59,004 nt of DNA, taken from an archaeon (lineage in GTDB: Archaea > Nanobdellota > Nanobdellia > Woesearchaeales > GCA-2686295). Positions 27,674-36,747 of the stretch are shown here, piece after piece. Position numbers and translations under genes: made by a program. The stretch lies in the NCBI GenBank assembly GCA_043817405.1, contig JBDRGV010000036.1, forward strand, positions 1 through 59,004, given 5' to 3'. A model generated the notes under the pieces. That model saw nothing but the letters and a program-made list of their open reading frames with translations. It ran no database searches and was not told where the DNA came from. Within the stretch, counting starts at the first letter, position 1. Every line of letters starts with the position of its first letter.

Positions 27674-27827
27674 GAAACTATCTAAGAGCTAAGCGATATT
27701 TAAATTTAATGGAAAAGAAATTTTAAAAAAATAACAACATACCAAAACTAAAATACGTTTTTGAACTTTTATTTTCTTCGAAAACAAAAAGTTTTTTAAA
27801 ATCCATCATAAACAATATTCTTTAAGA

Positions 27828-29078
27828 GTGGCTTTAGGACTAAATCTCTTTAAAACAAAAAAAAGAGGGATGATAAAAGAGAAATGGAAATTTGATATAG
27901 GCAGTTCTCTATTGTCTCCACCAATCATTTGTGACCTTACAAATACAGGCCACCACAGCATTTTAACAGCCACAAAAGATGGAAAAGTTTTCTTATTAGA
28001 TTTTGAAGGCAATGAAAAATGGGTTTTTGACGCAAAAGAACATGTTGACACTACTGAAAGCATGTTCTTTGACTCTGAAAGTGCAAACAGCATCTTGTCA
28101 ACACCTCAAATATGCGATATAACAGGCAATAAACGCAAAGAAGTTATTTTTGGAACAGAAATGGGCGTTGTTTACGCTTTAGATGCATACGGTCATCCAC
28201 TATGGAAATTTCATGCTGGCGGCTCCGTTAGAGGCGCTTTAGCAGTTGGAGATGTTAATGGTGATGGACAACAGGAAATAATATTTGGATCAGGCGATAA
28301 ACATTTGTACATACTCAACACCAATGGCAGATTAATTAGAAAAATTGAAGTCGGATGCAAAATAGAATCAACTCCCGAAACTATGGGTGATAAAATCATA
28401 TTTGGCTGTGACGATGGAACAATCAGATGCATCAACTATGAAGGTCATGAACTATGGCGATTTGAAACAGATGCAAAAGTCATTGCAAAACCAGTCATCA
28501 CTAGATTCACAGAGGGTGGAACAATTCACATACTAATAGGTTCAATGGATCATTATTTGTACGCACTGGATGAATACGGAGAACTAATATGGAAATTCAA
28601 AACAGAAGGCGCGATTTATTCAAGAGTTACACTGGCAGATATTAACAGAGACAAAAAATTAGAGATTTTGTTCGGTTCCTGCGATAACAATGTGTATGCT
28701 TTGAAAAACACAGGCGACAAAATATGGTCCTTTGAAACAGGATTCTGGGTTGTGGCTCCGATAGTAATTAATGATATCGATGAAGACGGTCGCTTAGAAG
28801 TTATTGCGTGCTCATTTGACCACAACATATATATACTTGATGCACGTGGTAATTATGTATTGGATTACGTCCCTGGACTCGCAGGAGTAATGCAACAAAC
28901 AGGTTCATACAGCGACGTAATGACTTCAGACCCTGGAAAAATAACTGCTAAGAAACTATGGCAATTCCAAACGGACGGAGTCGTTGTCGGTTGTGAATAC
29001 ACAAAAGAAGGTAAAAATATTATTGTCAATACAAGAAGAGGTATAATCAGTAATCTTGGACATGTAAGAGGTGATTAA
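27828..29078 (+). CDS. PQQ/FG-GAP-like beta-propeller repeat protein, no signal peptide seen
   Basis: Repeated ..FG(S/T)..(H/N).(Y/V)Y(A/I)L(D/N)..G..(I/L)W(K/R)F(E/K)T.. blades, and GDVNGDGQQEIIFGSGD. GTG start as given in the ORF track; an ATG at 27870 is an alternative. Confidence 0.7.
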   Translation: MALGLNLFKTKKRGMIKEKWKFDIGSSLLSPPIICDLTNTGHHSILTATKDGKVFLLDFEGNEKWVFDAKEHVDTTESMFFDSESANSILSTPQICDITGNKRKEVIFGTEMGVVYALDAYGHPLWKFHAGGSVRGALAVGDVNGDGQQEIIFGSGDKHLYILNTNGRLIRKIEVGCKIESTPETMGDKIIFGCDDGTIRCINYEGHELWRFETDAKVIAKPVITRFTEGGTIHILIGSMDHYLYALDEYGELIWKFKTEGAIYSRVTLADINRDKKLEILFGSCDNNVYALKNTGDKIWSFETGFWVVAPIVINDIDEDGRLEVIACSFDHNIYILDARGNYVLDYVPGLAGVMQQTGSYSDVMTSDPGKITAKKLWQFQTDGVVVGCEYTKEGKNIIVNTRRGIISNLGHVRGD

Positions 29079-29079
29079 G

Positions 29080-29874
29080 ATGGTTGAACAGATTGAAAGA
29101 GTAAAAACTTATATTCAAGGATTTGACGAAGCAATGCAAGGAGGAATTCCTAAAGGGCACGTGGTTCTAGTAAGTGGAACTGCCGGTTCCATGAAATCTT
29201 CTATTTGCTTCAACATAGCATACAATGAAGCATTGGCCGGAAAGAATAGTCTATACATTTCTCTTGAACAATCTACAGATTCATTATACCAACATTTGGA
29301 AAACATGAATATTGATCTTGAAAAAATTCACCTTGTCTCTCTTAAGGATTTAGCCAAAATTGATGAAGTCGTACGATCAGTCAAAAACTCCACCAAAGGA
29401 TCAATCATAGTAGTAGACATCGGTTGCATTAGAAAAGAAATAAAAGACGTTAAAGTAGGTGACAATAAGAGCTGGATGAATGTAATAAAAAACATTGTTA
29501 AAAAGATAAAAATGGAAACTCCATGTTCTCTTTTCGTTCTGGATTCATTGTCAGCTCTATACACTCTGTCAAGCTTTGAAAATCCAAGAGTCGAACTGTT
29601 CTACATTTTCGAGTTCCTAAGAGACACCGGGTTAACAACCTACCTTATATCAGAAATGCCTCTGGATGGAAGCAAATACTCAGAGTATGAAATAGAGGAT
29701 TTCTTGGCCGATGGAATAATCTTGTTAAAATTGACTCCTTTCAGAAGAAACATAATTAGAGAAATTTCTATTGTCAAAATGAGAGCAACAAAATGTAACA
29801 ACGACGTATTCAGCCTAGAATTCAAAAACGGCAAATTCAACGCATTATACGGCGGACAAAATCCATTGTTGTAG
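29080..29874 (+). CDS. KaiC/RecA-superfamily ATPase-like protein with an atypical P-loop
   Basis: YIQGFDEAMQGGIPKGHVVLVSGTAGSMKSS, with Met where the usual Gly precedes the P-loop Lys. The ATG at 29080 is preceded by GAGGTGA; the ORF-track GTG at 29071 is also possible. Confidence 0.7.
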   Translation: MVEQIERVKTYIQGFDEAMQGGIPKGHVVLVSGTAGSMKSSICFNIAYNEALAGKNSLYISLEQSTDSLYQHLENMNIDLEKIHLVSLKDLAKIDEVVRSVKNSTKGSIIVVDIGCIRKEIKDVKVGDNKSWMNVIKNIVKKIKMETPCSLFVLDSLSALYTLSSFENPRVELFYIFEFLRDTGLTTYLISEMPLDGSKYSEYEIEDFLADGIILLKLTPFRRNIIREISIVKMRATKCNNDVFSLEFKNGKFNALYGGQNPLL

Positions 29875-29927
29875 AATCATTTGAAACCATCGACAACTTT
29901 AAATATGACTTTTGTTAGAGATGAAGT

Positions 29928-30605
29928 ATGAATAAAATATTGTTAGTTGTTCTGATTGTTTTAGGGGTTCTAGTTGTAAGTGTTGCAGCAATAGGAATAA
30001 TGTCAGCATCAAGGGTGAAGTTTGAAAAGCCCGCTGTTTACTTATATCCAGAATCAGATTCTATAATTGATGTAAAAATTGAAACAACCGGAGATATTAT
30101 TGTAAGCGAGCCAGATTATAACAATGGATGGAATGTGTTTGTAACCCGGGAAGGAGAGATTGAAGGAACATATGATTATTTGTTCTACGAAGTTGAATTT
30201 AAAAAGAAAATAGAGTTAGAAAATGAAGGATGGGTTGTTCCATACAATGAACTAGAAGAGTGGATGGACACAGTCTTGTTTGACCTGGGTTTAAATGAGA
30301 AAGAACAAAGTCAGTTCAAAGAATACTGGATAAACAGATTACCAAAAGCAAATTATTACGAGATAAAACTATTGAGTCAGGAATTCTTAAAAGAAGAAAT
30401 GGATTTAATAATAACTCCAGAGCCAGACACGATTTTAAGATTAAATTTCTACTTCAAAGCTTTGAAAGAAACGCTCAGCAGTGAAACTGCTGGCGCGCCC
30501 AAAGATGAACTTTTGAGCGAAACAAGCCTTGAAGAACCAAAAATAAACACTCCAAGCAGAGAAGGATTCACAGTTGTCGAATGGGGCGGAGTATTAGAAA
30601 AGTAA
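29928..30605 (+). CDS. N-terminally anchored extracytoplasmic hypothetical protein
   Basis: N-terminal TM ILLVVLIVLGVLVVSVAAIGI. I recognise no catalytic motif. Confidence 0.55.
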   Translation: MNKILLVVLIVLGVLVVSVAAIGIMSASRVKFEKPAVYLYPESDSIIDVKIETTGDIIVSEPDYNNGWNVFVTREGEIEGTYDYLFYEVEFKKKIELENEGWVVPYNELEEWMDTVLFDLGLNEKEQSQFKEYWINRLPKANYYEIKLLSQEFLKEEMDLIITPEPDTILRLNFYFKALKETLSSETAGAPKDELLSETSLEEPKINTPSREGFTVVEWGGVLEK

Positions 30606-31076
30606 CTATTCTCTTAATTTTTCTTCAATTTTCTTTATTTTAAGTTGATCTTTATCACGATTTAGCTTCTTGTAATCTTCAAGTTCATCTTCTAGAGAAG
30701 CAATAGAAATCTCAAAACCATTCAGTTTCCAAGAAATCGCATTATCAAATTCATTAACATAAGAAGATGTCCATTCTCCGTCGATTAGTTCTTCTAATTC
30801 ACCCATTACTTCGACTTCAATACCATTAATTTCAAATAATCCGTAATACGAACGAAAAATGTATTTCTCACCAAAAGCCACTGGTTTGACTTCGAATTCT
30901 TTCAATAACTCACCGACTTTAAATGCATCTTCTTTATCAGTCAATACATCAATATCGTTCGCTTCAACATCAACACCTTGAAGAACAAGATTGGTACTGC
31001 CAATTAAAACCCATTTCACAGATTTTAATTTCTCAGATAAAATTCTCAAAACTTCGATGTATTTTTTATTAATCAT
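30606..31076 (-). CDS. Minimal nucleotidyltransferase-fold protein
   Basis: VLIGSTNLVLQGVDVEANDIDVL matches the G[ST]...DxD pattern of pol-beta-type NTases. Confidence 0.55.
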   Translation of the reverse strand: MINKKYIEVLRILSEKLKSVKWVLIGSTNLVLQGVDVEANDIDVLTDKEDAFKVGELLKEFEVKPVAFGEKYIFRSYYGLFEINGIEVEVMGELEELIDGEWTSSYVNEFDNAISWKLNGFEISIASLEDELEDYKKLNRDKDQLKIKKIEEKLRE

Positions 31077-31173
31077 GATTTTCCATGACTCGGCTCTTTA
31101 TTTAAACTTTTTCGATAATCAAACAAAAACATTTTTAACTTCTTCACGTTTCTTTTAGTATGAGGTAAAACTT

Positions 31174-31593
31174 ATGAAAATTATAAAACTCGCCCTAATG
31201 TTTTTCTATAATAAAGAAAAAAAAGTATTGCTTCAGGACAGAAGAGACATTTCAAAACGAGGTGAAGAATGGGGATTTTTTGGCGGACACATAGAGGAAG
31301 GAGAAACTCCTGAGCAGGCGATTATTAGAGAAATAAAAGAAGAACTTTCTTTTGACCTAAAAGAATTCAAATTCATCAATCATTTTAAAAATCCTGTAAA
31401 AGAATTTGACACTCTTTTAGACACACATATTTTTATTGCTCCATTAAGAGATAATCTAAAGAAATTCAAGCAAATTGAAGGACAAGGAATGAAAATGTTT
31501 TCCTTCGAAGAAACAAAAAAACTTAAAATGGTTTCAGGCGATGATAAAATAATCAGAATTGCTTTGGAAGCCATCAAACAAAAACATTTTTAA
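31174..31593 (+). CDS. Nudix hydrolase
   Basis: Nudix box GGHIEEGETPEQAIIREIKEEL. Confidence 0.85.
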   Translation: MKIIKLALMFFYNKEKKVLLQDRRDISKRGEEWGFFGGHIEEGETPEQAIIREIKEELSFDLKEFKFINHFKNPVKEFDTLLDTHIFIAPLRDNLKKFKQIEGQGMKMFSFEETKKLKMVSGDDKIIRIALEAIKQKHF

Positions 31594-31626
31594 CCGCTTT
31601 CTTTTTCTTCATATTAGGGGATTAAC

Positions 31627-31995
31627 ATGAAGGAAGCCATAATTGAACTTTACGATTTCATAAAGCTATGTGATAAGAGATCTGAATGGATGAAGCAAAT
31701 GTCTGTTCGAGATAGAATTCAAGAGCTTAAAAAAGAGACTGAAGAACTAATTGAAGCTTTCGATAACAATGATGTGGAGAACGTCAAAGAAGAGCTTGGA
31801 GACGTTCTATGGGACGCATTATCATTGATGGTCATGGCTGAGAGAGACGAAATCATCAAAGGTAATAAAGCCATAAGAGAAAACATTCAAAAAATCAAAG
31901 ATAGAATGCCATGGCTTGCTGAAGACAGACATGTAAGCGTTGAAGAAGAACTAAGAGTTTGGAATGAAATTAAGAAGGAGCAAAAAAACAAATGA
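31627..31995 (+). CDS. MazG-like nucleoside triphosphate pyrophosphohydrolase
   Basis: EELIEAF...EELGDVLWDAL, the EExxE/D metal-binding helices of all-alpha NTP-PPases. Confidence 0.75.
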   Translation: MKEAIIELYDFIKLCDKRSEWMKQMSVRDRIQELKKETEELIEAFDNNDVENVKEELGDVLWDALSLMVMAERDEIIKGNKAIRENIQKIKDRMPWLAEDRHVSVEEELRVWNEIKKEQKNK

Positions 31996-32345
31996 GTGTG
32001 AAAGAAATATCTGGATGTCGCATAGAAAAAAACGAAAAACTGTTGTTATTACATCGCATCGATAAAAATCATTGGGAATTACCAGGCGGAAAAATAAAGT
32101 TCGGAGAAACGCCAGAACAAGCAGCCAAAAGAGAAGCAGAAGAAGAAATTGGTTGTGAAGTAGAACTTATTAAATATGCTGGGTTTGTTGATTTCGAAAT
32201 AAAGAAAGAAAAAATAAGAAGTCATCAATTTAACGCAAAAATAACAAGTGGAGAACCAAAAATTAGAGAAACAAAAACATTTGATAAAATTGATTATATT
32301 AATATAAACGATCTAAATATAATACTAGCTAAAAACATAAAATGA
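31992..32345 (+). CDS. Nudix hydrolase
   Basis: Nudix box GGKIKFGETPEQAAKREAEEEIG. ATGA overlaps at both ends. Confidence 0.85.
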   Translation: MSVKEISGCRIEKNEKLLLLHRIDKNHWELPGGKIKFGETPEQAAKREAEEEIGCEVELIKYAGFVDFEIKKEKIRSHQFNAKITSGEPKIRETKTFDKIDYININDLNIILAKNIK

Positions 32346-33547
32346 AATTCGCACACTTGGCTGATTGCCATATCGGAGCTTGGAGGGATCCAAAGTTAAA
32401 GGACCTTAGTATGCAGGCTTTCATTAAAGCAATCAATATTTCTGTCGAAAAAAAAGTTGACTTCATTCTCATCTCTGGAGATTTATTCAACACTTCAATG
32501 CCCGGCATTGATTATCTTAAGGAAACCACCAAAAAACTCAAGCAGCTCAAAGAACAAGACATTCCAGTTTACATCATTCCAGGTAGTCATGACCAGAGTC
32601 CGAGCGGTAAAACAATGCTTGACGTCTTAGAAGAGGCTGGTCTTTTAATTAATGTTTTCAAGGGTCATATAAAAGACAAAAAGCTCGTGTTGGAATTCAC
32701 AAGAGATAAGAAAACCAGTACTCTAATAACTGGAATTCTGGGCAGGAGAGGAATGCTTGAAAAAAATATCTATGAAGAATTGGACACTTCAAATCTTGAA
32801 AAAACTCAAGGCACTAAAATTTTCATGTTTCACACTGCTTTAACAGAATTAAAACCTGAAGAACTTGAAAAAATGGACTCCAGTCCTATTTCATTTCTAC
32901 CTAAAGGCTTTGAATACTATGCAGGCGGTCATGTTCACATCGTAAGAAATGAAACATTGGAAGGCTACAAAAATGTTGTTTTCCCAGGACCTTTGATGCC
33001 CACTAGTTTTGCTGAGCTAGAGAAATTGAAGAGAGGTAGTTTTTATATTTATAATCATGGAAAATTAGAAATGATTCCAATAGAGTTAGTTAAAGTTTAT
33101 CCTATCCAAATTGATGCTGAGAATGAAACTCCTGAAAGCGTTTATGAAATTATTGAACAGGCAATTCGTGAAAAAGATTTTCGCAACACAATTGTTTTAA
33201 TAAGGGTTTTTGGAAAGCTAAAGCACGGCAAACCAACGGATATCAATTTCAAGGATATTTCTAACAAGTTGCATGAGCAAAAAGCTTTCTTTTTCATGAA
33301 GAGTACAACCAAACTTTCTAGCGAAGAGTTTGAAGAAATAAAAATTAATGCTGCATCTGTAGAAGATGCTGAAAACGCAATTTTGAAAGAACATCTTGGC
33401 CAAATAAAAACTGATTTCTCCGACAAAGAAGAAGAGATTGCTAAGAAGCTCTTGAAAATTTTATCCGAAGAAAAGCATGAAGGCGAAAAAGTTTATGAAT
33501 ATGATGAAAGAATTAAGAAAGAAATGGATGATTCGCTAGGATTATAG
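32342..33547 (+). CDS. mre11: Mre11-type DNA double-strand-break repair nuclease
   Basis: MKFAHLADCHIG (motif I), ISGDLFN (II), PGSHD (III), FMFH (IV), GGHVH (V). The N-terminus is colinear with archaeal Mre11. Confidence 0.8.
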   Translation: MKFAHLADCHIGAWRDPKLKDLSMQAFIKAINISVEKKVDFILISGDLFNTSMPGIDYLKETTKKLKQLKEQDIPVYIIPGSHDQSPSGKTMLDVLEEAGLLINVFKGHIKDKKLVLEFTRDKKTSTLITGILGRRGMLEKNIYEELDTSNLEKTQGTKIFMFHTALTELKPEELEKMDSSPISFLPKGFEYYAGGHVHIVRNETLEGYKNVVFPGPLMPTSFAELEKLKRGSFYIYNHGKLEMIPIELVKVYPIQIDAENETPESVYEIIEQAIREKDFRNTIVLIRVFGKLKHGKPTDINFKDISNKLHEQKAFFFMKSTTKLSSEEFEEIKINAASVEDAENAILKEHLGQIKTDFSDKEEEIAKKLLKILSEEKHEGEKVYEYDERIKKEMDDSLGL

Positions 33548-34120
33548 TTTCTTAACAGCCAATTCTAACTTTTTTATTTTATCCCATGTGCTCTCCATTT
33601 TTTTATTACTTTCTTCAACCAGCACTTTGAGATATTTTTCATCAACCAATAATTCACCATGTCTCATGATAATAGTCTCCAACTTTTCTGTGGCTATTAA
33701 TTCCATTAAGAAATGTTTTTTCACTTCAAATAGTCCGCTTCTTTTGAAACCAACTGCTCTTGCAACTCTCAAAAACTTAGATGCGTCATTCAATGTTCTT
33801 GAAGCTATGTGAAGTATTGCTGCTTCCTGTCTGAACCAAACAGCATTCGAACCCTTAATTTTTTTTATTGCCGCCAGAACATCTTTCAATTTAGCTTTAG
33901 AATGGGTTCTATAAAGAAATTCAGCCTCCTGCTTCCGACCTGATTTTGGTATTTGTATGAGTATTATTCTGCCGGAGCATGAACTGGTGGAGTAATGGTT
34001 CTTTGTCCTGTTGATATTGTTCAGAAGTTTTTTTATCGGCTTATCAACACTACCTTTATTGCTCTGATCATTGGAAACCATCTTCTTCAGGGTTTGTTCC
34101 TTTTCATGGTCAAAATTCAT
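33542..34120 (-). CDS. taw3: tRNA wyosine-derivative methyltransferase Taw3/TYW3
   Basis: NKGSVDKPIKKLLNNIN...HYSTSSCSGRI is the hallmark of the TYW3 family. Confidence 0.75.
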   Translation of the reverse strand: MNFDHEKEQTLKKMVSNDQSNKGSVDKPIKKLLNNINRTKNHYSTSSCSGRIILIQIPKSGRKQEAEFLYRTHSKAKLKDVLAAIKKIKGSNAVWFRQEAAILHIASRTLNDASKFLRVARAVGFKRSGLFEVKKHFLMELIATEKLETIIMRHGELLVDEKYLKVLVEESNKKMESTWDKIKKLELAVKKL

Positions 34121-34154
34121 TTTATATTATCCTATTTATAATTTTAATGATACG

Positions 34155-35093
34155 TCACAACCAATCTATTTTTTTGAAAACCACAAAAAAAACGCTCGCT
34201 ATAAAAATCATTAGACCAACTATGAAAGCAAATGCCCAATCACTCTCTGCAAATGGAATTTTCACATTCATTCCAAATAAACCTGTGATGAATGTCGGTA
34301 CCATGATAATTAGCGCTAAAGAAGTTAATTTCTTCATAAAAGTGTTCAGCCTGTGTGTTGCTACAACCGTTTGGAAATTAAAAAGATTAGCTATAACTTC
34401 TCGCTGTATTTTTTCTGTATCCAGTATTTGAAGTTTATCATAATAAAGTTCTGAAAATAATCGTAAATCCTCTTTTTTAAATTTCTTGAAGTAGCTTTTT
34501 CTTAATCCAACTAAAACTTCGAGATTCGCAATGATTGCTTGATTAAAATATGTCAATGTAACATTGTAGTTATATAGTTTCATCAACTGCTCATTAGACA
34601 CATGTTCTTTTTTACTTTCAAGTACATCTGTTAGGTTAGTAATTCTATCAATGGAAATCAAGAAATCATCGTTTATTTCATCCAAAAAGTAGTGGAGCAT
34701 GTTTCCAACTGATTTTTTGAATAGAAATTTTAATTTCTTTTTCCTCATGGAATCCGCCATTTGTTCAAAAACTTTGGTTTTGGCTCTCTCAACTGTTATG
34801 AGTAAATTATTTACTATGAAAATATTTATGGGAGTTGTTTCTATATCGCCTTTATCTCTGAAAGGCGTTTGATAGGTTAATTCTAAATAGTCTCCCTGTT
34901 CAAGTCTTGATCTTTCTTCTGTTTCAAAGAATTCCTTAAACTCTTCAGCAGGGATGCCTGAAAATTTTGAGAACTCCGTAATGTTCTCATCATTCTGATC
35001 TAGAAATCTTATCCAAGTTAACTTATTTTTTTTAATGGTTTCTAGTTTATCGGTTGATACGACTTCTTTTCCATTAAAGTAGAATATCTCCAT
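34155..35093 (-). CDS. corA: CorA magnesium/cobalt transporter
   Basis: GLFGMNV (GMN motif) lies between the two C-terminal TM helices. Confidence 0.9.
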   Translation of the reverse strand: MEIFYFNGKEVVSTDKLETIKKNKLTWIRFLDQNDENITEFSKFSGIPAEEFKEFFETEERSRLEQGDYLELTYQTPFRDKGDIETTPINIFIVNNLLITVERAKTKVFEQMADSMRKKKLKFLFKKSVGNMLHYFLDEINDDFLISIDRITNLTDVLESKKEHVSNEQLMKLYNYNVTLTYFNQAIIANLEVLVGLRKSYFKKFKKEDLRLFSELYYDKLQILDTEKIQREVIANLFNFQTVVATHRLNTFMKKLTSLALIIMVPTFITGLFGMNVKIPFAESDWAFAFIVGLMIFIASVFFVVFKKIDWL

Positions 35094-35136
35094 AATTTAA
35101 AAAGAAAGATTAATGCTTTAAAAAGTTACTTAAAAA

Positions 35137-36432
35137 TTACGGAGACCATCTAAGCATTGTTCTTGGAAATGCAATTGCATCTTTTATATTGTCAAGTTTG
35201 CATATCCATTGTAAGACTCTTTCCAAACCAACTCCATATCCTGAGTGAGGAACACTGCCATATTTTCTTAGATCAAAATAGAACTGATAATCTTTTGGAT
35301 CTTCGCCGTCTCTTTTCAAATTCTCGCTCATTTCTTTTATGTCAAGACTTCGCTGACTTCCGCCAACTATCTCGCTTCCTATTTCTGGGCAAAGCATGTC
35401 AAAACATAGTGCTTCATCTGATTTATTCGGGTCTTTTGGCTTGTAGAAAGCCATGACTTCTTGAGGATAATGAGTTACAACAACGGGTGTATCGAAATGT
35501 TTCATCAAAGTTTCTTCCTCTATGGTTCTGAGGTCTTTTCCAAAAGTAACTTTCATGCCGTCTTTTTCTTTTAATATTTTTAGAGCTTCTCGATACTTGA
35601 TTGTAGGCCACTTTTTCTTTGTCATTGCAATTAACCCTTTTGTATCTCTTCCTAATAATTTGAATTCTTCTACACATTCTTCTGCAACTGCTTTTATGCA
35701 ATATTTTAACTCTTTTTTTGCAAACTCAGTTATTTCTTCTAGTTTCCACCATGCAACTTCTGTTTCAACCATCCAAAATTCAGATAGATGTCTTGAAGTC
35801 TTACTTTTCTCAGCCCTAAATGTTGGGCCTGTATTGTAGACTTTTTCCAGTGCAAATATTGCTGCTTCACCATATAATTGCCATGTTTGAGCCAAATAGA
35901 GTTTTTGTTTGTAATACTTGACTTCAAAAACCGTACTTCCACCTTCTGATTGGGTTGGTTGCAGTACTGGTGTGTCAAACCTATAGAATCCTTCTTTTTT
36001 AAAGAATTCTTCTCTTGCCTGTCCATATGCAGATCTTATTTTCATGATTGCAACCATTTTTCTGCTTCTAATCCATAGATGTCTTTGGTCAAGTAGAAAT
36101 TCTGAACTTTGGTCTTTTGTTATTGGATAGGAATCTGATTCACCAATTATTTTGAAGTCCTTAACGGTTACTTCATAGCCCGTTGGTGCTCTGTCGTCTT
36201 TTTTTATCGTGCCTGTTATTTCCATTGATGCTTCTACTTGTAATTTGTCTGCATCAACCCACTTTTTTTCTGAAAAATCATCTTTTTTAACTACACATTG
36301 AATTATGTCTGTGCTGTCTCTCAAGACGATGAATTTGATTTTATTGGATCCTCTTTCACGATAAACCCATCCTCTTATGGCTACCGCTCCTGTGCCTTTC
36401 TTCATTGCTTCTTTTATTGATATGAATTCCAT
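35137..36432 (-). CDS. asnS: Asparaginyl-tRNA synthetase
   Basis: Class IIb N-terminal OB domain (IRGWVYRERGSNKIKFIVLRD), PTFRAEKS motif 2 region, GYGVGLERVLQWI and a C-terminal AFPRTMLRWSP. Confidence 0.9.
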   Translation of the reverse strand: MEFISIKEAMKKGTGAVAIRGWVYRERGSNKIKFIVLRDSTDIIQCVVKKDDFSEKKWVDADKLQVEASMEITGTIKKDDRAPTGYEVTVKDFKIIGESDSYPITKDQSSEFLLDQRHLWIRSRKMVAIMKIRSAYGQAREEFFKKEGFYRFDTPVLQPTQSEGGSTVFEVKYYKQKLYLAQTWQLYGEAAIFALEKVYNTGPTFRAEKSKTSRHLSEFWMVETEVAWWKLEEITEFAKKELKYCIKAVAEECVEEFKLLGRDTKGLIAMTKKKWPTIKYREALKILKEKDGMKVTFGKDLRTIEEETLMKHFDTPVVVTHYPQEVMAFYKPKDPNKSDEALCFDMLCPEIGSEIVGGSQRSLDIKEMSENLKRDGEDPKDYQFYFDLRKYGSVPHSGYGVGLERVLQWICKLDNIKDAIAFPRTMLRWSP

Positions 36433-36595
36433 GCATTACTAATTCTCTCGTGGTTTTAAAAGTTTTATTGAATAAAAGTAATAAATATAATAAAGTAGGT
36501 AGAAAATTATTTAAATAATAAATGTTCTTATACATTGTATGAAAGATATCAAAAATTGAAAATTTTTGGGATCTTCAAAATTTAAAGGTGAAATT

Positions 36596-36745
36596 TTGAA
36601 AGACATAAACATCGAACTAAATGATAAAACCCACTCACTGGCAAAGGTCTGTGCAGTTCTGAAAAATATTACAATGCGAGAGTATCTTCAGAAAGCCATA
36701 GAGAAAGCAGTGGAAAAAGATAAAGAAGTTCTTAAAAACTTATGA
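36596..36745 (+). CDS. Small ribbon-helix-helix protein, third member of the family seen at 1348 and 1487
   Basis: TTG start 5 nt after AAAGGTG. The product LKDINIELNDKTHSLAKVCAVLKNITMREYLQKAIEKAVEKDKEVLKNL is colinear with MTNINIELPDEIHK... It is below the ORF-track cutoff. Confidence 0.5.
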   Translation: MKDINIELNDKTHSLAKVCAVLKNITMREYLQKAIEKAVEKDKEVLKNL

Positions 36746-36747
36746 AG

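Noticed and set aside
30492-30499. A third GGCGCGCC octamer in the window
   Set aside because: It lies inside CDS 29928..30605 (..TAGAPKDE..), without flanking A/T arms, an outer stem or a nearby tRNA. It is probably unrelated to the tRNA-linked elements.
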